DNA of 64,000 nucleotides from Eledone cirrhosa (taxonomy: Eukaryota). The notes below the pieces were generated by a model, which saw only the letters and a list, made by a program, of their open reading frames with translations, was not told the origin of the DNA and searched no databases. Below are positions 1-12,322 of this stretch, piece by piece (the first letter of the stretch is position 1; every line of letters starts with the position of its first letter). A program made the position numbers and the translations under genes. The stretch spans positions 228,966,001 to 229,030,000 of the forward strand of contig OZ024741.1 in the NCBI GenBank assembly GCA_964016885.1, in the 5' to 3' direction.

Positions 1-286
1 ATTATGCAAAAGCACTACATCACAGAGATATAGAATTTTTGTGAGGTCTGCCGACTTATCAAGAGGATACCTCATTAAGGGTTTCAAAACACGTCCGTAA
101 GATGCGAGATAGAATCCCGAAAGGCGGAGGGGGAGTCAATCACGTGATACAGTGGTCAAGAAACAGAACTAAGCCTCTTATAACTCTGAAAAAAATACGA
201 CGGAGGCGGAGGGGGTATTTATATCAAGGCCGTAGCAGTAGGGTATGATATATCTTATTACTATGATATATCTTGTCACACGTGAC

Positions 287-2019
287 AGGTTCCCTAGCTT
301 CCCTGTCCATGATGTATCGCATGAGGTGGAGGTTGTCGTGGATGGATCTGTCGGGAATGGCGCATGTCTGCGCCTCTCCCACCAGACCACCAACGACAAG
401 CGCCAACCTCTTTGCTAGCACCTTGGCCAAAATCTTGAACTCTGTGTTTAGCAGAGTTATGGGCCTGAAATTATCTATGTTATCCCTCTTGTTCGGATCC
501 TTTCTCAGCAGTGCCACAGCTCCTCGGCTCACAGAGCTGGGAATTCTCCCGTTCTGTTGCCAGTTGCAGTAGACGTCCGCCAAAAGGCCTCCGAACAAGT
601 CTGGCATCTCTACGTAAAGTTCATAGGTCAGACAATCCAAACCAGGCGATTTACCCCTTGTGCAGCCAGTCATTGCCTCCCGTACTTCAGCGGTTGTTAT
701 CGGCTTTTCACAACACTCCGCCTCAGAGACCGAGAGCCGCGGCAGTCCGTCGAGGTAGACACTAAAGTTCATCCCTCGACCCGGCCCACCGCTGCCCCCG
801 AACAGCTGCGCGAAGTGTCGCTAAAAAGCTTCACACATTTGCCCGGGATCGAGTAGCATGCGCCCGTATGGTCCACCAAAGACCGGATCGTGGCTTTGTT
901 ACCACGACGCGCCTCCGCCACTCGGGCCCATTGAACGGCCTTCGTCCCCTCGTGTTTGAGAGCACGCACCCTAGCTCTGACAACGCAGCCTTCGTGCTTT
1001 GCATTGAAGAATTGGTCACAGGCCAATTTCGCCGCAAATACGTCGGTTGCGATGCCTTTGCTAAGCGCCTCGTCTAATTTTCTAACTAGTTCTCCCTCTG
1101 CTCTATTTTTCTCTATAGCTAAAGCCTTACTAAACCTAATGGATTCTATTCTAATCGCTCTTTTCAGAGCAAACCACCACTTGTTATTGACGATGGCCTC
1201 CGTCAACGCCCGCTTAACTAGTTCGCTAATCCGGTCTCTGTAGGCCTTGCGCGCTGGTAAGGACGCGTTTAGCTTCCAGTAGCCGGGTCCTCGTCTATGA
1301 AGTCTATCTAAGTCAAGCACACAGATCATGAATTTGTGGTCCGTGTAGCTGACTATCTTGAATTGTGGACAGCCCATTCTAGACCTATCTATTTCCCTAC
1401 AAAATACTCTATCTAGATATAATCTGGATGACTCTATGCGATTTGTCCAAGTCCACATTGGCACATTCGGGAAATCCAATCAGTACCTGTCAGACAGTTC
1501 AAAACGCCTGAGCAGGTTGGTGTGGCTCTTGCACCCTCCACCCCTATCCGCTAATCCCACACAATCACAGCGTGCATCTAAGATCCCGTTCCAGTCGCCA
1601 ACTAACACTAAAGAGCGGGACGTTCTAAGAAAGGTCTCCAGACGCCCGAAGAAATCAGGCCGCCCTGCTCCTGTCGGGGCATAGACGGCCACTAGCCTGA
1701 AAGCTTGCCCGTCTCCGCTGGTCACGTCCAGCACCACCAACTTACGCTCTGGGTCCAAGAAGATGGCCCGTATGGCGAGATCCAAACCTCTCCGAAAAAG
1801 CACAGCAACTCCCCCCCCCCCCGATCCAGGACGGCTGGGAGATGCGTACACATCGTAGCCGCCGAAGATCGGTGCGAAGGCCCGTGCTTCGGAGATTCTG
1901 GTCTCGCTGATGGCCACTACATCTATGTTTAGTGACCTGATGTCGTTGAGCAGGTGACCCTGCTTCCATGACGACCCCAAGCCACGCGCATTTATGCTGC
2001 CTATTCTGAGTGAGGTCAT
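287..2019 (-). pseudogene. Tx1 ORF2 (APE endonuclease + RT N-terminus), disrupted
   Basis: Three consecutive ORF fragments carrying the APE and RT motifs; homologous to 57496-59233 and 61130-62536. Confidence 0.9.
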
Positions 2020-2497
2020 GTTTAAAATGGAGTGGAAAAGATGGGAAAGACCACTTACCGTACTTTTCGTAGAGGAAGGATGGTTTCTCCATCCCTTTTC
2101 ACTTGATCGTCTGGTGAATGGACCGTTGAATCGTCCCTTCGGCTGGTCGTCGGCTCTTCTTTGAGTATGTCCGAATATACTCTCCGGTTGAGAGTCCCTC
2201 CTAGGTCTCTGAAATCACCAACTGCGATGGGGAATTTAGTTTTAATGTTTGTGTATTGTTTCTGTGCTATTTTTACCTGTCTTATGTTCGTTGGCGTTTT
2301 GATTGGTGCTGGTATTATGTAATCGGGCTATGAAATCTCTGTGTTCAATTATGTAAGTCATTCGTTTCTTGTGTGTATTTATTGCCGTGCATTTGTTTTT
2401 CTGGGGGTGGGGGTGTGGTTCTGCTATTTTCTTGTCGTTGTTGCTGGGTGTGTGTGTTTTGTTGTGTTTGCGATGTTGGTGCTTGTGGTGGTGGTGT

Positions 2498-3591
2498 TTA
2501 AGGTGTTGTTGTTGTTGGCGGTGGGGTTGACGCCGGTGGTGATGGTGGTGCTAGTGTGGGTGGTGATGATGTTGGTGGTGTTGCTGCTGTGAGTCTATTT
2601 GCAGTAGCCTTTACCCCTTTTTCATTTCTTTCCTCCCTTTTCGAAGGCGATGATGCGCTGCTTCTGCGTTTGTGCCTTCTTACGACCTTTTGCCATCCCT
2701 CTCCCACCTCACACTCCATGTCTGATTCTGTGAGGTCGGGGAGGGGTACCAGCTCCACTCTTTCACTTGTTGTTGGTGATGTTTGCACTGGAGTCTCTGT
2801 TGCAGCTGCATTTGGTATTACTGTTGTTGTTGTTAATACTTCCACTGCTGCTGCTGTTCTTGATTTCCGTGGCGTGGGTATGGGTGCCACGGACCTATCG
2901 TTCCTGGTTGCCGCTTGTCCTGTTGCTGGTAGCCGTGGAGCCGGTTTCGGAAGGAGGGGGGTTTTCACCTTTCTCGGGGTCTTCTCGTTGCAGAAGGCCC
3001 TGAGGTGAGTCTTTGATCCACTGTGAAAGCATTTCGGGCGTTTGCCCTCAACACTTATGGGCAGTTGAGTGTCGTTATCGAAGTCTATCACATCCGGGAT
3101 AGCTTCGATGCACTCCTGGTTGGTTTGGATTAACATCTCAATGGAGGTGCCGACCCAATCTTCTCTTACTTTTTTCTGTACTTGCAGTACAGTTGTTTTG
3201 TCCTCGATTCCGACGAGGACAGACGCGGCCAGCCAAGAAGGGGCCATCCGGGGGGGGGGGCGTGGATCAGTTTGACCCTCACAATTTTTTGCCCGCAGTA
3301 GGAGGGCACCAACACCATTTCCTCACTCCTTAGGGTCACTAAGGATTGAGCCTTTGCCTCCTGGGGTGTGGCAAAAAGCACGCCTACGGTGACATATTTC
3401 TTGCCTCGGGTGATATGCGTTTTCCGCTGCCCCACAGACCCTAAGGCTTTTTGTATTTGAGCCTCTGTGGCTCTTTCAACCCTACGGGATTTTGTGCTAA
3501 CTGTACGATACGTGACCGTACAGTGCTGTTGGGTTTCGAAAAATGTTTCGGCTGCCTTGCAGATTGCTCGGTGTCCAGTCTTTGTCACCAT
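2498..3591 (-). pseudogene. Tx1 ORF1 (gag-like, CCHC zinc knuckle), frameshifted
   Basis: Two overlapping ORFs joined at a poly-G run near 3250. Degenerate CX2CX4HX4C knuckle, followed by a Thr/Pro-rich tail. Confidence 0.75.
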
Positions 3592-4416
3592 CTTCTTCGC
3601 TTCCTCTAATTCCTCATTTGTTATGAGGATGGTTTCCAGGTTCTTTGCGATACCTGCAAACGAGGTGGTTTTTCTTTGCTGCTGTTGTGTTGTTGTTGTT
3701 GTCGTCAGAGCTGCTGTTACTTTTGTTGTTGCTGCAGGTACTACGACTACTGCCGCCGCCGCTGTTGCTGTGGTTGTTGTTGTTGTTGCTGCTGCTGCTG
3801 CTGTTGTTGTTGCTGTTGCTGCTAATGCTGTTGCTTATGCTGCTGCTCATGCTGTTGTGGCTGCTAGTGTTGTTTTCCTTGTCACTGTTGCTGTTATTAC
3901 GGCTGCTACTGCTATTATTCATGACGTCAGACGAATGAAATGGGTTTTCGTATTTCCCGCACACCTTGTTCGTCGTTGTCGTCGTCGTCGTGGAGAAATG
4001 TTGCACGCTTTGCACGTGATTTTTCTTTACTGGCATCGCTTGCGAAAGAGAAGGGATGGTGAGAGACACATTTAGAGAAGGGAGGGAGAGAGACAGTCTT
4101 CTCTCTGCTGTAGTGACGATTGAGGAAGAAGAAGACGGAATGAGTGGGAGTGACCTATGAAAATTCTTTTTCGTAGCCATGTTTTTTTTTTTTGTTTAAA
4201 ATAAATATCGGGCACAAAAGCCCAATAAGCGGTTATTTAACCCCGAAGGGCCAAATAACGAGCAGAAAGACCCCTCTTACGAGGAGGAGGGTGTTTTGTC
4301 TACAATTTGGTTAAAGTTTTAAACAATTTACAATTGTTATAGCGGTCAAAATTTACAATACCTTACAGAGCCGAGCCTCCGTCAACCATAGCATTCAATA
4401 ATAATAATAATAATAA

Positions 4417-5838
4417 TCGAATGGATGAAAATGAAAGAATCTGACATGGGGGAACGAGACACCCTCCCTAAGACCCAGGACTCCAAACAGAACTAAAAGA
4501 TAATACACAAGTCTAACATAATTCTCAAAAACATTATCATCACAAACAAACTAAACATTACTGATTTAAATCATCTCTATTATGCATCGGCTAAAGTCAC
4601 CACTCACTTATGTGGAGTGAAAATGAAAAAAACAAGAAATCTACTTGGCAAGATAACATCAATCGCCAAATAAACCTTCTCCGATCTGACATAGAAATTT
4701 TAACAAACTTCAAAGTAGGTGAACATGTTAAACAAACTAAACTTAGAAAATTGAAAAGAAAATACAGTATAAAATCAACAAGTGACATAGACATGCTGAT
4801 AGAAATAATCAAGCAAAAAGTGTCGGCCAAAGCTGCTCGTATAAGGCGCTTTGAAAAACGATCTAGATTCTATAAGGACAATAATATGTTCAAAAACAAC
4901 CAAAGAAACTTCTACAGAAAAATTGGCAAGTCAACAATAACTGCTAAATCAATACCACCCAAGGAGGAAGTGCAAGAATTCTGAGAAAAGATCTGGGCCG
5001 AAGAAAAAGATCATAATATACATGCCCCATGGATAGACAGACAAATGAAAGATACAGCTCACCTTGAGGAAGAAATATGGGAAAATATAACAGTTGAACA
5101 GTTGCGTTTGGCTCTTAAAAAAATCAGCAAATGGAAATCCCCAGGATAAGACAAAATACCAAACCAGAGACCATTGATCGTATAATTTCAATGTGCAGTC
5201 CTATAGCTCCAACCGAATACCTAAACAGGCACGACAGAGCTGCACAATACATACATTGGATAATGTGTAAGCATTTTGACCTGCCCCATCAAAAGAATTG
5301 GTGGGAGCATCAACCACCTCCCATACATGAAAAAGATCACATCTCAATCTTGTGGAACTTTAGCATCCAAACAGACCGAAAAATAGATGCAAACAGACCT
5401 GATATAATACTGAAGGACTTTAAAAAGAGGGTATGCCTGCTAATTGATATGTCCGTTCCAATAGACAAGAATGTATCTATAAAAACATTTGAAAAATTGA
5501 GCAAGTATAAGGACCTGGAGATAGAAATTGGAAAAATGTGGAAACAATACCAGTGGTTGTAAGCGCTCTAGGAATGATACCTAAGGGGTCTAATGATTAT
5601 TTATCGCAAATCCCAGGAAACCCGCGTATAGGAGAAATACAAAAGATAGTACTAATGGGAACTGCCCATATACTAAGGAAGATTCTGTCAATATAAGTAC
5701 ATCACAAGTCTAAACACCTAAAGATGCATGTGTGTGTATGTATGTTCTTTCTTGAACATGGCGGACCTTGTTTTCTCTTGAGGTCACTAGTTGTGACTTG
5801 GTGATAACTCGTATGAACATAAAGCAAGATAAATGCAA
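4417..5838 (+). mobile_element. R4/Dong-like restriction-like-endonuclease (RLE) LINE remnant with the RT domain deleted
   Basis: 4610-4984 pre-RT region (KQKVSAKAARIRRFEKR...FKNNQRNFYRKI). 5131-5562 carries ETIDRIISMC, RHDRAAQYIHW, LWNFSIQTD, NRPDIIL and LIDMSVP, typical of the RLE C-terminus. (TAA)n lies on both flanks. Confidence 0.85.
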
Positions 5839-5937
5839 CCATAATAATAATAATAATTATTATTATTATTAATATTATTATTATTAATCTCTACATTCCT
5901 CACATCAAACTAAAACTATGTTGACAATCTTTTAATA

Positions 5938-6072
5938 ATTGGTTCTACTTTTGGCACAAAGCCAGCAATTATACCAGTACATTACTGGTACTTTATTTTA
6001 CCGACCCCATAAGGATGAAAGGCAAAGTTAACCTCGGCGGGATTTGAACTCAGACCATAAAGGGCCGTAACT
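5938..6072 (-). mobile_element. tRNA-derived SINE, 5'-truncated (family 1)
   Basis: B box GAGTTCAAATCC followed by ...CTTTGCCTTTCATCC...AAAATAAAGTACCAG; matches the full copy at 37253-37439. Confidence 0.85.
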
Positions 6073-6118
6073 CTTTATGTCTTCCTTGTGAAATTTGTGG
6101 TCTTGTTTTTCTTAACTA

Positions 6119-6185
<67 letters not shown>

Positions 6186-6233
6186 TGCGTGTATGTATGT
6201 TATATATATATATTATTATTATTATTATTATTA

Positions 6234-7138
6234 TTGGCACCTGGAATGTTGCCAGGCACTCACTGCCCTCTACCAAGCGGGCAATGCGATCAGTGGAACT
6301 TCCACTCTCGAGTTCTATAGAGGATTAGTGGTGGGCAAGTGCGATGACGCACTGGAGAAGCTTTAGGCCTCGACGAAGTCGAACTGAGCAGTCTGTACCG
6401 GAGGACTTTTGGGGGCACTGCCGGGTCGGGATAAACTCTACAGGCACGGAAGTGCTGTCAGACGGACCTGCCCAAGATTCGCACAGAGCGACTAAACCGT
6501 TCTGCACTGACTTGTGGAGTTATGTCGAACAGCTACTGTCGCGTGCGGTACGAATCCGGCTATCTGCCGAGTCCATAGTGAAGATCGATCCACCGCCTTC
6601 CTTAGGTCAGGAAGAGCAGGAAATGTTCCTCTGTCTGGTGGCAGTTGCGAAAGAGGTTATATGGTGGACCAGGTTAAAAGGACTGAAGACAGACACTTTT
6701 CTCTTCGGCCAATCCCTCATCAACTTCTTCAAGTTTCACCTGGAAAGGAAAGTGAGGGTGGAGAGAGAAGTGCTGCCCCCCAGTTCATTTGCTAAGAGGT
6801 GGGTGAATGTGGCGAGAATGGCTCGTGTGAATGGGCCTACTCTGACATGCGCCTATAAGCTAGATAACTTGAGGAGAGGGATACTCTCCCTGGGTGCCCC
6901 AGAAGCGCAGGGTGGTTCAGGATTGGTGGGGTACCCGAGTCACCCCAGGGTCGTCCACCCCTTATCGGGGAATTTATTTTGTTATATTTATGTATAGTTT
7001 ATGTAATATTTTTATATTTTCATTGTTAAATTAGTCTTGCCATTGTGCATTTTTACTCGACCTTCTTGTAAACCTCCACTGTCCCTGTCTTTGTATTGTC
7101 CCCCTACATGTCGGCCCTTGTGACTAATAAATGAAATC
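6234..7138 (+). mobile_element. Tx1 LINE 3' fragment (ORF2 C-terminus + 3'UTR)
   Basis: ORF 6344-6997 (DLWSYVEQLL...FLCLVAVAKEVIWWTR...FFKFHLERKVRVERE) is homologous to 55873-56442. Ends in CCCTTGTGACTAATAAATGAAA then (ATT)n. Confidence 0.85.
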
Positions 7139-7830
7139 ATTATTATTATTATTATTATTACTATATATATATATATATATATATGTGTGTAGAGGTTATA
7201 TTTTGTTGGGATTCAACAAGCTTAATATATGTACTCGCACTCACATTCAAACATAGATATACAAACACCCACGTCATCAATGGGCTTGGTCTAATGTGTT
7301 ACGTATAGAATTATAGCGGTGGTGGTGGAGGTGATGGTGGTGGTGGCGTTGGTGATGGTGGTGGTGGTTGCGGCGGTGTTGTTGGTGTGAGATTTAGAAC
7401 CATCAGCGGGGTTTAAGAGCGGTGAGTTGATGGACCATGGCGGGAAAACCAATGTATATAAATATATATATATATACATAGATAGATAGATAAATAAATA
7501 TATATGTGCTGTGTGTGTGAATATGCGTGCATTTATATGTATGTATGTATATATGTATGTATGTATGTTTGTATGTTTATATGTTCATAGTGTGTTCAAG
7601 AAGTATTCTGCGGCACTGAAATAAATGGTTGGTCACGGTTAGAGTTTTCCCCGAGACTCTTGCTGAGACTGTCAACGATAAATCTTCACTCTGTAGACTT
7701 AATTACACGATTACACAGAAGCATGCACACACATACATACACACGTACATACATACATACATACATACATACATACATACATACATACATACATACATAC
7801 ATACATACATACATACATACATACATACAA

Positions 7831-8438
7831 GGTGGCTGCCAACTCGTTTTCGAGTACGGCCACTACTTTATATCCATGTAGGAGAACCCCTACCAATGCG
7901 CTGAACGAGTGTGACTTTTTAGTCCGGCCAGCGACTTGAAAACTCTGGTACAAACACTACACTTGTGACAATTATTGACACATAGTGCTGGGCCCATGGT
8001 ACCATGTGACGACAAGTGCAGAGAGATCTCCAGATATAAAGCAATGCCTGTGCTGTGAAGCTTTTATAGTGAGCAAAGGCACTGCACAAAGCCAGTCCCA
8101 CTCTCTTAACCAAGATGATATTTACCAAAAAGAAGAACAATTCAACATCATTGGATACCATCAGGGTTGCAGGTGTTATATCAGAGTTTTCCTTCTCCTA
8201 GAATTCTGCCTTGACAAAGGCTAAGGGGTCATCTCTCCCGGTGATTTTGGATGGCTATTGACTCTTAAGAGCCCCTTTGCCTTTTGACAGGTTTTGTTTT
8301 TAGTCCTGCAGGATGTCCAAAGCCACCCTCCTCACCAAGAAACCTTGGTGGGGTTGCCAGTTTAGTCGCCAACGACCCGACCATGAGACAGGTTGTACTG
8401 GAATACATGTTACCAGTAGCACCAACTGGTGACCTGAC
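7831..8438 (-). mobile_element. Bipartite RTE-derived non-autonomous retroposon, copy 1
   Basis: Near-identical to 26515-27119 and 53413-54020. The minus-strand 3' part reads CSVCTRVFKSLAGLKSHTRSAHW*, a C2H2 finger like RTE ORF ends. Embedded in (TACA)n. Confidence 0.75.
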
Positions 8439-8681
8439 ATACATACATACATACATACATACATACATACGTACGTACATACATGCATACATACGTACAT
8501 ACATGCATACACACATGCATACATACATACTCCGCTCGTGCATATATGTCATACACGCACTATACATACAAACACATATGTATATATATAACATATATGT
8601 GTGTGTATACACATATATATATATATATACAAACACCCATACACACACATGCACGAGCAAGCGCATTCATATATGTATATA

Positions 8682-8900
8682 TACAAGGGCAATCACAAAA
8701 GTAAGGTCTCCTTCCGATATTGCAACTTTTCCGTTAAAATCCTGTGGATGGTCCTTCGGGAAACCTCAGGAACCAAAATGCAGAGAGCATCCAGAGTGAT
8801 CCGCTGATCTTTACGCATGTTTTCCTCGTATATAATAACTGCACGAAATTCGCATTTGACGTTCAACGGGAGCTCCATTCTCAACGGCTGCCAAGCCAAG
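8682..8900 (-). mobile_element. mariner (Tc1/mariner) internally deleted remnant
   Basis: ORF 8693-8989 contains KCEFRAVI...DQRITLDAL...VSRRTIHRILTEKLQYRK (mariner HTH pieces). A mariner-like terminus TACAAGGGC...AAAGTAAGGTCTCC sits next to a TA repeat. Confidence 0.7.
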
Positions 8901-9740
8901 ATTGAGCATCCCAGCGAAGCGCGCGCATGCTTGTTTGGGAGTGAAGGAAGCCAGTGAGGGGTGATAGTGAGGGCAATAAATATACTCACAGAAAGTTTGG
9001 GGGTGTTTTGAAAAGAGTGTTTTAAAAAAAATGAATGTTAGAATGTTGAATAACGTATTGTTTTTTTAGACTTCAGTTGTTCAGCAGAATTGTTATTCGA
9101 TAGTTAGAAGTGGAATTTCTACAAAAAACACATGGTTTTGGTTGCTATCGTGTGTGAACATTAAGCGAACAAAATATACACTCAGATCCCCGTATATTCC
9201 GTCTGGTTATTGCTTTAAAGCAGAAATACCTGCCTACAAGCAAATTGTAAATAATATATAATAAATAAAATCGTTAATTCATATATAATAAACAATATAA
9301 TATATACTATATATAAATAAATATTATATTTTTTCATTTTACTATATTTATATATAATATGTATCATTTGATATTTAATATACTATTATATCATCTCTAC
9401 CGCCTCTCCACCTTTTCAAAACCCCCGCGGGGGGGGGGGGGGGGTATCACCCACTTTGGGAACCTCTATTTTAAAGTGTGTCCAAGTTCCAACAGCTTCC
9501 GAAAATGTTGAGAAAACTCAGTTTATATCATGAGATGATGACTAAGAATCTTTTACACGAATATATGTGATTGGTCTCCCATACAACTAAAACCAAGAGA
9601 AAAACTGGTATCAAAAATAAAACCAAAATACATAGGTAGGACAGAGATGTCAACATGAATGGACCTGCTATTTTTATCTAAAGACATTTTTTCCAATTCC
9701 AGCCCACCCGTCCCCTCAATCTATCTTATTTCTCATTTTT

Positions 9741-9776
9741 TCTTCTGGTGAAGGACTAGCGTCCGAAACGTTAAGA
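9741..9776 (+). ncRNA. Minimal hammerhead ribozyme, family A (core mutated, CTGGTGA)
   Basis: TCTT CTGGTGA A GGAC tagc GTCC GAAAC GTT AAGA; stem I TCTT/AAGA, palindromic AACGTT stem III. Confidence 0.65.
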
Positions 9777-9865
9777 CCCTCTTCCTGCTATATCAAGCGT
9801 TAACCTAATATATCCCTTCCATATACTGTACCGATTGTGTTGTTATTTCTGTTTACTTTTGACAC

Positions 9866-9916
<51 letters not shown>

Positions 9917-10260
9917 CTAGCATAGTACCCATAAAAAATGCCAGTGAATGAAGTAAAAATATATTTTATTTAATAATTCCTTGGTAAAGGTGCATGGGTC
10001 TTCGATTTTCTTTGACCTTATCCCTCTTGTCGTTCAGCCATCGCCGTATTTCATTTTACATTAATTTAAATCAATTGCAATAATTTTCTTCCGTATCATA
10101 TTTAATCATTTACAATTAAAATGATTTTATTATATTTATCTTCGGACTACTATTGGGATTTGTACCTATCCAAATGTAGATATATTTATTAGACAGAAAG
10201 ATAACGAGGTTGGTAGGTTGACTACTGACCTGCTTGTCAATTATAAAACAAACTTTGTAT

Positions 10261-10320
10261 TTTATCTGATGTGAGCGTACCAAAGTTTTGGTAACCTTGA
10301 AATTATATAATATAATAAAT
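10261..10320 (+). ncRNA. Hammerhead family B, degenerate copy (CTGATGT)
   Basis: TTTAT CTGATGT GAGCGTACCAAAGTTTTGGTAACCTT GAAA TTATATAA...; homologous to the intact copies at 12173 and 44057. Confidence 0.55.
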
Positions 10321-11094
10321 ATGGTTTTATAAATATAGTTTCCATTTATTTAATATCATTGAATATTATATTCTAGAAAACTTGTCGAGTGCTTCGAATC
10401 AGTTATAAACATTTATATTTGTTGAATTACCAACAAATTAAATATCCCTTTTGCTTATATATATATATGATAAAATTATATCTGTATAAATACAGATTGT
10501 GTAATCGAGACTCCACATATCTAATATGTAGGCATGTAAGCATACCAGACTTCTAAAGCAGCGGAATCCTTGGTTGTGATTAATTAATGGCTTTTTCTAA
10601 AGACAGTAGAATTTCTGTCGTCACCTAACAACCCCCACCCCCTCCAACGCGCCTACCAACCCACAGCGCTTAGCTTTGATGCCTGTATGACATTGCCGTT
10701 ACAATAACGCCGAATTGGCAGGCCACCCCGTACCAAATCTACTTTCTATTCTCTGTTTGTATTCGCCATAATTCTATATATCTAATTCGCCATAATCTTA
10801 TATATCTAATTCTGCAATCAACACATGATGAAATTGCCAAAGTTTGATATCCTGATTGGATGAGGAAACCGAGCCATTGAAATATGTATAGTGTTTTCGC
10901 GGGATTAAAATTTTAAAGAAATTTCCAGTCCGGCTTTCTGTTGTTTTTAATGAATATTTAATTCCGTTACAACACCAGCATACCACATCTGCGATGAATG
11001 ATTTTCATAACGTTGACTGCTTTAGTTTATGCATCATAATTTACTTACCGGAATCCTCAGTCTACCCTTTGGTAAACAACATAACATAAATGGT

Positions 11095-11127
<33 letters not shown>

Positions 11128-11438
11128 CACACACATGCACATATACACACGCAAACACACACTTATATATATATGTATTTCTTCAAACTTACAATTTAGA
11201 CTTAGCTCCGTTTAAGTGATCATTTGTCTAGTTAATTTCTACGGACTTAGAGGAAAGATTAGGTAAATTTTATTTGACTCTTCCTCATAAAGGAATGTCG
11301 ATAACATTCATTTGTTATTTCTTCAGTTACATTTTAAACTTAGTTCTAGATAAATGATTATTTAAATAGTTAATTTCTACGGACTAAGAAGAAAAAATTG
11401 GATACATTTTGTCTGACTATTCTTCAAACTTTTAATGT

Positions 11439-11471
<33 letters not shown>

Positions 11472-11472
11472 T

Positions 11473-11539
<67 letters not shown>

Positions 11540-11566
11540 GGAAAAAATGAAACGAAATTTCATTTC

Positions 11567-11620
<54 letters not shown>

Positions 11621-11699
11621 AAAGGTAAACAGAAATAACAACACAATCGGTACAGTATATGGAAGGTGTATATTAGGTTAACGCTTGATATAGCAGGAA

Positions 11700-11731
11700 A
11701 ACGTTTCGGACGCTAGTCCTTCATCAGAAGA
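11700..11731 (-). ncRNA. Hammerhead family A, intact core but 3' stem I deleted
   Basis: Reverse complement: TCTT CTGATGA A GGAC tagc GTCC GAAAC GTT. Confidence 0.65.
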
Positions 11732-11972
11732 AAGAATGAGAAATAAAATAGATTGAGGGCACGGGCGGGATGGAATTGGATAAAAATAACAGGTTTATTC
11801 ATATATATATATATCATAGATTGAGCTCTACCGTCGGGGTCATACTTTCTCCTATTACCCACTCTACTATCCTAAGTATTGAGTACTCTGGTGCGTTATG
11901 GTCCATCTGGTTCCTTACCACAACTCCTTCGTTATATATATAAATATTGGCAACATGACCCTCCCAAAGTAT

Positions 11973-12041
<69 letters not shown>

Positions 12042-12172
12042 GAGGTTATGTTTAATTTGTTGGGTTCAACAAGCTTAAAACTTTTTATAATAACTGATAT
12101 AAAGCACTCAACAGTAGTGGAGTAAATACACAATATATTAATAAATGGAAACTATATTTATAAAACCATATT

Positions 12173-12238
12173 TATTTTATTATACATATTTCAAGGGCAA
12201 CCAAGGCAAATTATGGTGCGCTTTCATCAGATAAAATA
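12173..12238 (-). ncRNA. Hammerhead family B
   Basis: Reverse complement: TATTTTAT CTGATGA AAGCGCACCA...TGGTTGCCCTT GAAA TATGTA TA ATAAAATA; 8-bp stem I, AUA cleavage triplet. Confidence 0.75.
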
Positions 12239-12322
12239 CAGATTTGTTTCATAAATAAATATTGACATACCCGGAAAAAGACAACCTTAACGGTTGGAGT
12301 TTCCTGGACACATATATATATA

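Larger units (their letters stand above)
287..4395 (-). mobile_element. L1/Tx1-clade non-LTR retrotransposon, 3'-truncated, frameshifted
   Basis: ORF1 pieces (3614-4180 low complexity, 3166-3591, 2498-3247 with degenerate Zn knuckle CFHSGSKTHLRAFC). ORF2 pieces: APE endonuclease 1480-2019 (INARGL, AISET, VAVYAP, LVGDWN), 769-1479 (YLDRV, TDHK, GPGYWKLN) and RT N-terminus 224-772 (KSPGLD, FRPITLLNTEFKILAKVLAKRL). Confidence 0.92.
9688..11785. repeat. ~170-bp inverted repeat pair (9688-9860 / 11621-11785) carrying HHR family A
   Basis: Arms are reverse complements, e.g. ATATACTGTACCGATTGTGTTGTTATTTCTG vs CAGAAATAACAACACAATCGGTACAGTATAT. Confidence 0.85.

Noticed and set aside
1-70. Minus-strand CCTC TTGATAA GTCGG as another U3-A8 hammerhead
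   Set aside because: Any 3' half would lie outside the window, so it cannot be supported.
3614-4180. Asn/Ser-rich ORF as a host gene
   Set aside because: It lies in trinucleotide repeats at the start of Tx1 ORF1, on the element strand.
8320-8357. Twister ribozyme in the RTE-derived element (GGCAAC...GGAGGGT)
   Set aside because: It lacks the GCCGGTCCCAAGCCC-type core; only a simple CACCAAG/CTTGGTG hairpin is present.
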